NCBI GenBank assembly: GCA_019661795.1
Contig: JAIFWQ010000001.1
Location: 1 to 35,434 of the forward strand
Length of the DNA stretch: 35,434 nt
Reading direction: 5' to 3'
Origin: Candidatus Parcubacteria bacterium
GTDB lineage: Bacteria > Patescibacteriota > Minisyncoccia > Phycocordibacterales > UBA6065
Part shown: positions 18,890 through 27,625 of the stretch, in pieces
Numbering within the stretch: position 1 is the stretch's first letter
Layout: every line of letters starts with the position of its first letter
Position numbers and translations under genes: made by a program
Notes under the pieces: generated by a model
Told to the model about the DNA's origin: nothing
The model's database searches: none
What the model saw: only the letters and a program-made list of their open reading frames with translations

Positions 18890-19741
18890 ATGGAAGGGAC
18901 ACCTCATAATCAGGATAATCGCATCGAAGCGCGCCCTTCGGAGAAGGGTCTCGATGCGGGGATCGTTTTCGGACACAATTCACATTTCGCTTTCGTATAC
19001 AAAAAGACAGAAAAGCTCGTTACGGCGGTCTACATGATCACCAACTTCATCAAGGACAGCGAGCCCCTGAAATGGAAGATCCGCGAAAGCGCCCTCTCTC
19101 TTATGGCCCTTAATCTCGACTGGAGCACGGTCTCGCTCGCCGAGCGCCGCGACCTTCTCAAAGAATATCAGGCCCTCGCCCTCGAGATCGTATCTCTTTC
19201 GAGCGTAGCCCATCATTCAGGCCTTATTTCGGAGATGAATTTCCATATCCTTTCTCGCGAATTCAACAGCCTCGTATCCGTCATATCGAAGGACGAGAAC
19301 AAGAAGGCGAATGAGGAGACCATCATTCTCGATCCGCGATTCTTCGATACTCATGACGCCGAACCGCTTCCTCTGTCTGAAGCTTCTTTCTCCGCGCCTG
19401 TCGCGCCAATGCCCGCTGCGGCTCATAAAGGACATGTATCAAGGACATCGGTTCCTGCGGTCGACGAGTCCCGCACGATCCGCAAACCGGAGTATCTTCC
19501 TCTCAAGGACATGCAGCCGAAGCCTGAACGAGCGCTGCGAACGCCTGAATCAAAGGACAGCAGGCAGGGCGCCATAATCAAGCTCCTTTCAAAGAAAAGC
19601 GGCCTGAACATACGGGACTTCGCCGAGAACATCAAAGGCTGCAGCGAAAAGACCATACAGCGCGAGCTCCTCGCCATGGTAGCTACCGGTGTCCTTAAAA
19701 AGGAAGGGGAAAGGCGCTGGAGCACCTATTCTCTGGCTTAA
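18890..19741 (+). CDS. Putative DNA-binding protein: N-terminal four-helix-bundle-like domain, disordered linker, C-terminal DeoR-like winged HTH
   Basis: C-terminal RQGAIIKLL...SEKTIQRELLAMVATGVLKKEG fits a DeoR-type HTH; N-terminal VYKKTEKLVTAVYMIT...KIRESALSL is amphipathic helical. Confidence 0.75.
   Translation: MEGTPHNQDNRIEARPSEKGLDAGIVFGHNSHFAFVYKKTEKLVTAVYMITNFIKDSEPLKWKIRESALSLMALNLDWSTVSLAERRDLLKEYQALALEIVSLSSVAHHSGLISEMNFHILSREFNSLVSVISKDENKKANEETIILDPRFFDTHDAEPLPLSEASFSAPVAPMPAAAHKGHVSRTSVPAVDESRTIRKPEYLPLKDMQPKPERALRTPESKDSRQGAIIKLLSKKSGLNIRDFAENIKGCSEKTIQRELLAMVATGVLKKEGERRWSTYSLA
19425..19559 (+). repeat. Intragenic copies of the AAGGACA repeat
   Basis: ATAAAGGACA 19425, ATCAAGGACA 19438, CTCAAGGACA 19502, TCAAAGGACA 19550. 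Confidence 0.6.
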
Positions 19742-19748
19742 GAGGCGA

Positions 19749-19780
19749 AAACCCCGGTCGGACCGGGGTTTCTTGCTTTT
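19749..19780 (+). terminator. Intrinsic terminator
   Basis: aaaccccggt-cgg-accggggttt followed by a T-rich tail. Confidence 0.75.
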
Positions 19781-19850
19781 TGGGCGGTTTTCATATAATA
19801 TAGTGCTGTGGAATAACCCCAGAAATAAGGCCTTACAAGGCCCATTTCGG

Positions 19851-19897
19851 TTATCCACATTGCCCGTTTTGCGCCTCATGGCGCGAAAACGTATAAT
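19851..19897 (+). promoter_or_regulatory. DnaA box plus promoter of the S-layer-like gene, overlapped by an inverted repeat
   Basis: TTATCCACA 19851-19859; TTGCGC-N17-TATAAT 19869-19897; inverted repeat 19865-19891. Confidence 0.6.
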
Positions 19898-19899
19898 AA

Positions 19900-20315
19900 G
19901 CGGGCTACAGCAAGGCAGTATTTTCGAGAGTTCTCCCGCGCTCTTGTCCATTGAAAACCTCATAGCGATACGAAAAGTTACAGTCCATCCGAATCCGTTC
20001 CGGACGGTTTCCCGATATTCCGCATTCATCCATACCCCTCACAACTATCCCCGTGATTGAGTCGACCCAGCGCTTTGTTCTCGAAGCCATTCGAAACCAA
20101 AGCGCTGGGAAAATAAATCCCGGGGAATAGTCGAGGACCGGTCGGACGGGTCGATCACATCGATCCGCACGGCGCGGTCCACGTCCTTCCTTTCGCCGTC
20201 GATAAGCGGAAGGGAAGATGAAAGATTATTCGTTTAGTCGACGGAATGGGAAAGCATCGTTTACAAATCAAAGCCTTTCCTTTAATTCCATCATTACTAG
20301 AAGCACACACAAAAT
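19900..20315 (+). ncRNA. Long structured 5' leader or candidate cis-regulatory RNA
   Basis: Nested helices read by eye, including the perfect 12-bp cccagcgctttg/caaagcgctggg; no credible ORF. Confidence 0.55.
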
Positions 20316-22253
20316 ATGTCAATCAAAACAACTTCGAAGGTTGTAGCAGCGGTCGTAGGTTTCGGCCTCGCCCTCTCGATCTTCGCAGGCGTAGCAGTTT
20401 CGTCAACGAACGCTCAGGCAATGACCTTGTCTCAGCTCGTCGACCTCTTTATCAGCCTCGGCATCATCTCTCCTGACAAGGCAGCAGCAGCTAAGGCAGC
20501 TGTTTCCTCTTCTACGACCGCATCGTCGGCTTCGTTCATGAAGGACCTCACGGTAGGTTCTTCTGGCGCAGACGTCTCTGCTCTCCAGAAGGCAGTCGGC
20601 GTATCTCCGGCAACGGGTTACTTCGGCTCTGTTACGAAGGCAGCCGTCGTCGCATACCAGAAGTCTCATGGTCTTCCTGCAACGGGTTACGTTGGAGCGC
20701 TCACCCGAGCTTCTCTCAACGGCTCGACGCCAGCGACCGGATCTACTGGCTCGACGGGCACCGTAGTCAACTCTGGCGTTGAGGGCATCCTCACCGCAGA
20801 CGCTGGCTCGCTCTCGAACATCACGCTTTACGAAGGTCAGACGATGGTCCCTGTGATCAACGTTAGGCTCCAGGCCAAGCTCTCGGACATCAACGTCCAG
20901 CGCATCCAGCTTGACCTCGGTTCGAACACGACCATCTACACCAAGGTCTTCAAGACCATGTATGTCGTAGATGACTCGGGCAAGGTTCTCGCTCAGGCAG
21001 ACCTCAACAGCAACACTGTTGTTAAGTCTGGCACGACGTACATCTTGACCCTCGGTGGATTCAGCTACACGGTTCCGAAGGACTCTACGAAGTACCTCAC
21101 CGTAAAGGCTGACCTCTACTCGTCGATCAAGTCTTCGGCAGCAGCAGGCTGCGACGGTACCGGCGACACGTGTACGATCACTGTTCCTGTGAACGGCGTT
21201 CGCGGCACGGACGGCGCTGGCATCGACCAGTACTCTCCTGCAACGTCCTTCTCGCAGGCAGTTTCGATCTCCGGATCGCTCACTGACTCTGCACAGCTCC
21301 TCGTCTCTACTGACGCTGCAAACTTCCTCGCATCGGATGTGGTAGCCGCAGCTGGTTCGAACAACAACCAGTATGACAAGCTCCCTCTCCTCGCGTTCGA
21401 CGTTCGCGCTCAGAAAGACGCGGTTCAGATCACCGACCTTAACGTCACCGTCAACGGTGTCGGCGCTGCTACGGCAACCGCTGCATACCTCTATGATGGC
21501 TCGACGCTCATAGGTTCGGCTTCTGTCAACAGCTCGTCCGGCGTAGCATCGTTCACGAACATCAACTACTGGGTTCCAAAGGATACGACCAAGGTCCTTA
21601 CCGTTAAGGCTGATATTCAGAGCGCTGCATCGACGAACTCGACGTTCAACGTAACCGTCGCTGCCGCTGGTCCTACGGCTAAGAACTCAGCAGGTTCTAC
21701 CGTAACCCCAACGGGCACGGCTACCGGTAACACGTTCAACGTTCGAAGCGTAGGTCCTGTATTCACCCTTAACTCGGCAACGATCACTAAGGGCGCTACG
21801 GCATCTCAGAACAACTTCTCGACCTCTACGGCCGAGGCAGTGTTCAGCATCACGATCCAGGCAGTCGGTGGAGATGTATTCTTCGGCACGCAGGCTGCAT
21901 CGACGACGTTCGGATTCTCCATCTACAAGGCTGGAGTCAAGAACGATGTCCCAGGTACCGGCGGTCTCGGAACTGCATCTTCGACCTCATGGTCTATCCC
22001 TTCATCGGGCGTAGTAACCTCTGGTCTTAACTCGACGACGGCATTCAAGCTCGCTCAGAACAACTCTGTAACGATGCCTGTATCGTTCGTCTTCGAAGGC
22101 AGGACGACTACTGGAGCACTCCTTCCAACCGCTTCATACGCAGTTGGTCTCGAGTCGATCAAGTGGTCTACTACTGACGGCGGCGTATCGAACACTTCGA
22201 CCTTCATGGCTGGTCAGTCAGCTTGGAGGACGACTTCTGTATCGCTTCCTTAA
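20316..22253 (+). CDS. Secreted S-layer-like protein with an N-terminal peptidoglycan-binding domain
   Basis: Signal peptide; DLTVGSSGADVSALQ...TGYFGSVTKAAVVAYQ...GYVGALTR (PG_binding_1-like); S/T/A/G-rich; tct/gct/gca/act codon bias suggests high expression. Confidence 0.8.
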   Translation: MSIKTTSKVVAAVVGFGLALSIFAGVAVSSTNAQAMTLSQLVDLFISLGIISPDKAAAAKAAVSSSTTASSASFMKDLTVGSSGADVSALQKAVGVSPATGYFGSVTKAAVVAYQKSHGLPATGYVGALTRASLNGSTPATGSTGSTGTVVNSGVEGILTADAGSLSNITLYEGQTMVPVINVRLQAKLSDINVQRIQLDLGSNTTIYTKVFKTMYVVDDSGKVLAQADLNSNTVVKSGTTYILTLGGFSYTVPKDSTKYLTVKADLYSSIKSSAAAGCDGTGDTCTITVPVNGVRGTDGAGIDQYSPATSFSQAVSISGSLTDSAQLLVSTDAANFLASDVVAAAGSNNNQYDKLPLLAFDVRAQKDAVQITDLNVTVNGVGAATATAAYLYDGSTLIGSASVNSSSGVASFTNINYWVPKDTTKVLTVKADIQSAASTNSTFNVTVAAAGPTAKNSAGSTVTPTGTATGNTFNVRSVGPVFTLNSATITKGATASQNNFSTSTAEAVFSITIQAVGGDVFFGTQAASTTFGFSIYKAGVKNDVPGTGGLGTASSTSWSIPSSGVVTSGLNSTTAFKLAQNNSVTMPVSFVFEGRTTTGALLPTASYAVGLESIKWSTTDGGVSNTSTFMAGQSAWRTTSVSLP

Positions 22254-22305
22254 CGGAAACGCTACTGGAGCATATGTCGGATCTAACGGTCTGACATAGT
22301 TTCGG

Positions 22306-22336
22306 CAAAAGCCGCATCGCAAGGTGCGGCTTTTGC
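22306..22336 (+). terminator. Intrinsic terminator
   Basis: caaaagccgcatc-gcaa-ggtgcggcttttg. Confidence 0.75.
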
Positions 22337-22358
22337 GTTGTCTGGTTATAATGAAGCC

Positions 22359-23345
22359 ATGAAAGAACAGCGCGGATTCATAATGAAGCTCACGCTTTTC
22401 GTCGTCGCGGCATGCGTCCTTTTCATCGTCTTCGCATCGCTCGCGCGATATATCGGCCCGGGGACGTTCAATAATCTCGGCGACCTCTCGAGCAATTCGA
22501 ACCCATCCGGCTTTTCCGCCGACAGCAAGACCAACCCCCTTCTCGATTTCCTCGACACGTCCGGCGGCTCCGCTTCGTTCGGTGCGCCGAGCGGCGTTTC
22601 GAATACCCCTGCTTCGTCCCGTTCCGCCTATGCCGGCAGGATATCGCTTTCAAGCGGCAATGCGAGCTATTCCAATCAGCCGTTCGAGGAATACGTGACC
22701 ATCAGGAATTCTGGCAAAGGCTCGGTCAGCATCACGGGCTGGACGCTCACGAACGGCAAAGGAACCCGTCCGATCGAGACGAGTCAGAACAGCTACATAT
22801 ATCCTGCTGCGGATTCGGCGACTATTGGCCAGGGCACCGAATTCCTCGATCCATCGGGCGCGTTCCAGGTGGGACCGATCGTGCTTCGTCCGGGGGACAA
22901 TGCCATCGTGACGACGGGACGCCCGTTCTCGCAATTCCCGTTCTCTATATATACGAGCTTCCGCGAAAATATATGCGAAGGCTATCTCAAAAATTACCCG
23001 TTCGATCCGCCGCTCAACCAGTCGTGCCCATATCCGGCGAACGATCCGGCCATACGGACCGTGACGGACGAATGCTACGACTATATGCAGTCGCTCAGCC
23101 GATGCGAAGATCCGGAAAAATATGACAAGACCCGCTTCGAGCTCCAGACGATGCAGTGCAGGAATTTCATGACGTCGCGGCTCAACTATCCGTCCTGCGT
23201 GGCGAGGAACGGGAATTCCGCCGGATTCTCGACCAATCAGTGGCGCGTATTTCTGGGCAAAGGCAGAGAGCTCTGGGCGAGCCAAAGGGAGACGATCACG
23301 CTCTATGATTCGAAGGGGTTGATAGTCGATCAGATAAGTTATTAA
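22359..23345 (+). CDS. Membrane-anchored lamin-tail-domain protein with a Cys-rich insert
   Basis: EEYVTIRN...SITGWTLTN and ETITLYDSKGLIVDQISY; six Cys; ATG 22359 lies 6 nt after TATAAT. Confidence 0.7.
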   Translation: MKEQRGFIMKLTLFVVAACVLFIVFASLARYIGPGTFNNLGDLSSNSNPSGFSADSKTNPLLDFLDTSGGSASFGAPSGVSNTPASSRSAYAGRISLSSGNASYSNQPFEEYVTIRNSGKGSVSITGWTLTNGKGTRPIETSQNSYIYPAADSATIGQGTEFLDPSGAFQVGPIVLRPGDNAIVTTGRPFSQFPFSIYTSFRENICEGYLKNYPFDPPLNQSCPYPANDPAIRTVTDECYDYMQSLSRCEDPEKYDKTRFELQTMQCRNFMTSRLNYPSCVARNGNSAGFSTNQWRVFLGKGRELWASQRETITLYDSKGLIVDQISY

Positions 23346-23390
23346 ATTTTCTTCAGCGATCCTTTATCGCTCTCTTGAGATGATGGCTTC

Positions 23391-24632
23391 ATGCGAAAAG
23401 CAGCCATCATCTTTTTATGTTTTATATCCCTTCCGTTCGCCGCAGCGGGCAGCTCTTCTTCGATCGTCATAACGGAGATCATGTATGACCTTCCAGGAAC
23501 GGATCCCGGTCGCGAATGGGTCGAGGTAGAGAATACGGGCGCCGCGGCCATAGACTTTTCAACGTGGAAGCTTTTCGAGGCGAACATCAATCACAAGATC
23601 GCAGCCGTCGGTTCGGCCGAGCTTCCCGCGGGCGGTTTCGCTGTCATCGCCGATTCGCCTGAAAAATATCGCGCCGATAATCCCGGATTCTCGGGCCTGC
23701 TTTTCGATAGCGCCTTTTCTCTCGGGAACGAAGGCGAACCGATCGTATTGCGGGATGAAAGCGGCGCGGACATAGATTCCGTATCGTACCTGCCGGCATG
23801 GGGCGCGGCAGGCGACGGCAATTCGCTTCAAAAGGCAGCTTCCGGTTCATGGGTATCAGCTGTTCCCACGCCGGGATCCGCGACGGCTGCAGCAGGGAAT
23901 CAACCGGAGCCTCAACCTGAAACTACCGGCCCGATCGCAGATCCAGACACGACTTCGACCATCGCTCCGAATCCAGTTAAAAATCCGGAGATATCCACGC
24001 ACAGCAGCCAGGAAGAGGTAAACGTCTCGTACGAAAAGCCTCAATTCGAGATCACTGCAGGCCGGCCGCGCATCGGTTTCGTCGGCGCGCCGCTCCTTTT
24101 CGAAGCGAAAGTGACCAAGTCCAAAGGCATCGAGCCGGGAAGCGGTGTTCGGAGTGTCTGGTCGATGGGGGACGGGACCGAGATATCCGGCTTGTTCGTA
24201 TCGCACGCCTATGAATATCCGGGCGATTATATCGTCGTCGCCAATACCGATTCGGGCGGAGCGCATGCTGTGGCGAAAACCAATGTGCACATCGTAACGC
24301 CAAAGCTCGGCATATCGATCTATCAAGGATCTGTCCGCATATCGAATCTCGATCGAGGAGAGATGAACGTGGGCGGTTTCATCGTCGAAGATTCGAAGCG
24401 ACGCTCTATATTGCCGCGCGATACGATCATCGCTCCTCTGTCTTCGATCATGCTCTCTTCAGCCGAGGCCGGGTTCGGCGCGCCTGAAGGATTCATACGC
24501 ATCGCCGCTCCGTCAGGGAAGATATTTTCACAAGCGCCGGCTCCCGGAGAGCCTGTCATCGCCCTTCCCGCGGATTTCGACGCGGCCGCATTCCGGAGCC
24601 GTTTTGAAGAGCTTTATAAGCCTAATCGATAG
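23391..24632 (+). CDS. Secreted lamin-tail + PKD domain protein
   Basis: IVITEIMYD...REWVEVEN...LGNEGE...PTPG (LTD); WSMGDG...HAYEYPGDY (PKD). Confidence 0.8.
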   Translation: MRKAAIIFLCFISLPFAAAGSSSSIVITEIMYDLPGTDPGREWVEVENTGAAAIDFSTWKLFEANINHKIAAVGSAELPAGGFAVIADSPEKYRADNPGFSGLLFDSAFSLGNEGEPIVLRDESGADIDSVSYLPAWGAAGDGNSLQKAASGSWVSAVPTPGSATAAAGNQPEPQPETTGPIADPDTTSTIAPNPVKNPEISTHSSQEEVNVSYEKPQFEITAGRPRIGFVGAPLLFEAKVTKSKGIEPGSGVRSVWSMGDGTEISGLFVSHAYEYPGDYIVVANTDSGGAHAVAKTNVHIVTPKLGISIYQGSVRISNLDRGEMNVGGFIVEDSKRRSILPRDTIIAPLSSIMLSSAEAGFGAPEGFIRIAAPSGKIFSQAPAPGEPVIALPADFDAAAFRSRFEELYKPNR

Positions 24633-24640
24633 ATGATATT

Positions 24641-27619
24641 ATGAACGCATGTTCGACAAGGCTTTCTTCAGGTTCGCGCTCGGATTCTCGGCGATCGTGC
24701 TGCTTTCCCTCGCCGCTCTCTACGCGACCGGATATATGGAGAAGAAGAACGTTCCGGCGCAGACTGCGGCTGTCCGCTAGTCTGGCGCTCGCCTCGGCTG
24801 GATTTTCCTTTCTTTGCGGAGCTTTTTATCCCGCATATGCAGCTACGATCATAACGGAGAGCGTCGCTACGAGCACGGTCTGGAAGAAAGACGGCAATCC
24901 TTATCTTTTTCCGAGAGGCCTGTCGATTCTCCCGGGAGTTACGCTCGCTCTCGAGCCCGGCGTTATCCTGAAGGCATTCGGTCCTTATTTTTTCGAGATA
25001 CAAGGTAAGCTCATGGCGGAAGGGACGGCGAATGACCCGATCATCTTTACTTCTCTCTATGATGAAAGTTTTGGCGGCGAGACCGACGGCTATGCCTCGG
25101 TCTTTCCGTCAAATCCCGCATCGCCGGCCATCGTGGTTTCGGAGCATGACGGTAACATCCGGCTAAGCTTGAGCAACGATTCCGGCTTTGAAGGAGTCTC
25201 CTGGGCGTCCGATTTTGACGGCGGTCAGGGAAGGAGCGTCTATGTCGGCGATCCGGCGTCTTTCACATACGATATGCCGATCCCGTATGGGTCGAACGTC
25301 GAAGCGATCATCAGCAAGGTAAATCTCGCTACCGAAGAATGTCCATGGTCCCTGTACACGCGAAATATAAGCGCGGATTTCGCATGCCTCATCGGATATA
25401 CGCAAAGGATCGAAGCCCCGCTCGCAAGATATATGTCGGCTCCGCCTGCCGCGGGCGATTGGAAGTCGCTCCTCTTTTCGGAGGGCTCTCAAGGCGTTCT
25501 TTCCCATGTCATCATGCGATATGGCGGCGAACATCATTGTTCGAGCGGCTGTACCGATTCGCCGATGGTCATCGTCCGTCATGCGAATCTGTCGGTTTCG
25601 AATTCGTCCTTCGGCGATTCGCCGTCTGCGGCCATAAGCGTCGAAGAGGGCGGGCAAGTCAGCGTCGAAAGCGCGGCGATTTCGAACGTCGCCGAGGGAT
25701 TTCATATAACGGGCGGGCGAACTACGATCCATAATTCGAGCTTCGAAAACGCGGAGAATGGCGTATACATCGTGTCTGCGTACACGGGAACCGTCGATGC
25801 GACGGGAAACTGGTGGGGAGATCCGATCGGTCCGAAGCGCGATTTCAACGAGATCGGGAGCAGGGGCGCATGGGTGTTTCCCGGCACGATCTTTTCTCCA
25901 TGGCTCTCTTCGAAGTCTGATATCGGCGCATATTCGACTTCGACGTCTACGGCGTCGTCGACAGGATCAGGAACGCCGCCCGCGCCGGAAGGCGCGGGCG
26001 CTCCGAATCCCGTGATCATCGTGCCCGGCATCCTCGGTTCCGTCGAACACAACGGAAGATGGATAATCGATCCCATATTTCACGTCTATGACAGTCTCAT
26101 CGATACGTTCCTCGCGAACGGATACATCGCGAGCTCGACTCTATTCACTTTTCCCTACGACTGGCGGAGATCGAACGCTGAAACGGCCCTGCTCCTCAAA
26201 AAGAAGATAGGCGAGATCAAAACCCAATGTGCATGCTCGAAAGTCGACATCATCGCTCATTCGATGGGAGGTCTCGTCGCTCGCGCATACGCCCAGTCTG
26301 TCGGATATCAAAACGACATCGGCTCTCTGATCTTTCTCGGCACGCCTCATCGCGGCGCTCCAGAGAGCTATCTCGCGGCGGAGGCGGGCGAATTCGGATC
26401 TTCGCCGTGGGACCGCGTCCTTAAAATGCTCATCGACCTCTATGCCGTGGGTCAGGGCCGGGCGGACGGCTTCGACTATATCAAAAATCATCCGATCGCT
26501 TCGGTGAACGAGCTTTTGCCCATATATGATTATTTGAAGGCCGCTTCGACGAGCTCTATGACGCGATATCCCGACGGCTATCCCACAAATCCTTTTTTGG
26601 AAAATTTGAATCAGAGCCTGTCCGCTCTTCTCGGCTCTTCGATCCGGATCACAAATATATTCGGCGATGTCGGCACCGGAACCGTATCGGCTTTCGATAT
26701 AGGTCCCGGAGAAAGTTCTGGCCGCTGGATCCACGGCAAACCGACGAGCACGGAGTATGGAAGGGGAGACGGCACCGTGCCGCTTTCAAGCGCGATGCTC
26801 GGTGGCACTGCCGGTTCTCGGGATATTCCTGTTGCGGCGGGACATATCGAATTGCCGAGCGCTGTCGAATCGATCGCGCTCAAAAGCCTGACCGGGAAAG
26901 AAGCATCGACGACGGCCCGCCGCTTTCAGCCAGAACATATTTTGATGGCGATCATGCATTCGCCGGCCCATATGGCCGTCATCGCCCCGACCGGAGAAAG
27001 AACGGGCCGCGATTTTGCGACAGGAGGAGAGACGCAAGGCATACCCGGCTCATTCTATTCGGGAAACGAGAGCGAGATCGAATACGTGACGGTGCCCGAT
27101 CCTGCTTTTGGCGAATATAGGATAGAGACGGAAGGCAGAGGCGATGGCGCATATGCTGTCGAGATCCAAGACATATCGGATGCGACTTCGACGAAGTCTA
27201 TCTTCGAAGGAACTACATCCACAGGTCTCCGAGAAAATCTATTCTTCGATGTCGGCTCGTCCGGCACGTCTCCTATTAAGCCGGTGATTCCAGCGCATAC
27301 GGATATTCCGGAGATTCCGCCGCAGAAAGGCGATAAAACCGAAAAAGCCGAAGAGCCTGTCCGACTGCCCGATACAACCATGCGTCCCTCGGGATCTCGC
27401 TCTGCCGCGCATATGCCACCGGCCCCGCTCGCTCGAACATATATCGAGGATGTCGCGACGGCTTTGCCCAAACCTGAAATTCTGACAGCATCTCCAGAGT
27501 CGGTGTCAAAATATGCTGATGTCGCATCCGCACATCAAGGATTCACAGGCATATTGAAATGGTTCAAGGATCTGTTCGTACTACTAATGTTAGAATTGAA
27601 AAACAGATTTTTACATTAA
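24641..27619 (+). CDS. Large secreted protein: beta-helix-like region plus alpha/beta-hydrolase (lipase/PGAP1-like); start uncertain
   Basis: PIIFTS, DATGNWWG; PVIIVPGILGS, FPYDWR, IIAHSMGGL, LGTPHRGAP, GDGTVP. Confidence 0.8.
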   Translation: MNACSTRLSSGSRSDSRRSCCFPSPLSTRPDIWRRRTFRRRLRLSASLALASAGFSFLCGAFYPAYAATIITESVATSTVWKKDGNPYLFPRGLSILPGVTLALEPGVILKAFGPYFFEIQGKLMAEGTANDPIIFTSLYDESFGGETDGYASVFPSNPASPAIVVSEHDGNIRLSLSNDSGFEGVSWASDFDGGQGRSVYVGDPASFTYDMPIPYGSNVEAIISKVNLATEECPWSLYTRNISADFACLIGYTQRIEAPLARYMSAPPAAGDWKSLLFSEGSQGVLSHVIMRYGGEHHCSSGCTDSPMVIVRHANLSVSNSSFGDSPSAAISVEEGGQVSVESAAISNVAEGFHITGGRTTIHNSSFENAENGVYIVSAYTGTVDATGNWWGDPIGPKRDFNEIGSRGAWVFPGTIFSPWLSSKSDIGAYSTSTSTASSTGSGTPPAPEGAGAPNPVIIVPGILGSVEHNGRWIIDPIFHVYDSLIDTFLANGYIASSTLFTFPYDWRRSNAETALLLKKKIGEIKTQCACSKVDIIAHSMGGLVARAYAQSVGYQNDIGSLIFLGTPHRGAPESYLAAEAGEFGSSPWDRVLKMLIDLYAVGQGRADGFDYIKNHPIASVNELLPIYDYLKAASTSSMTRYPDGYPTNPFLENLNQSLSALLGSSIRITNIFGDVGTGTVSAFDIGPGESSGRWIHGKPTSTEYGRGDGTVPLSSAMLGGTAGSRDIPVAAGHIELPSAVESIALKSLTGKEASTTARRFQPEHILMAIMHSPAHMAVIAPTGERTGRDFATGGETQGIPGSFYSGNESEIEYVTVPDPAFGEYRIETEGRGDGAYAVEIQDISDATSTKSIFEGTTSTGLRENLFFDVGSSGTSPIKPVIPAHTDIPEIPPQKGDKTEKAEEPVRLPDTTMRPSGSRSAAHMPPAPLARTYIEDVATALPKPEILTASPESVSKYADVASAHQGFTGILKWFKDLFVLLMLELKNRFLH

Positions 27620-27625
27620 ACTTCC

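Noticed and set aside
18890..19741. Diversity-generating retroelement (Avd-like domain)
   Set aside because: No reverse transcriptase or template/variable repeat pair is visible in the window
19780..19900. Chromosomal oriC
   Set aside because: Only one perfect DnaA box, no dnaA/dnaN nearby and no lasting switch in gene orientation; a GC-skew analysis would be needed to exclude it fully
19900..20315. RNase P RNA, tmRNA or SRP RNA
   Set aside because: No GAGGAAAGUCC, tRNA-like ends or SRP core found on either strand
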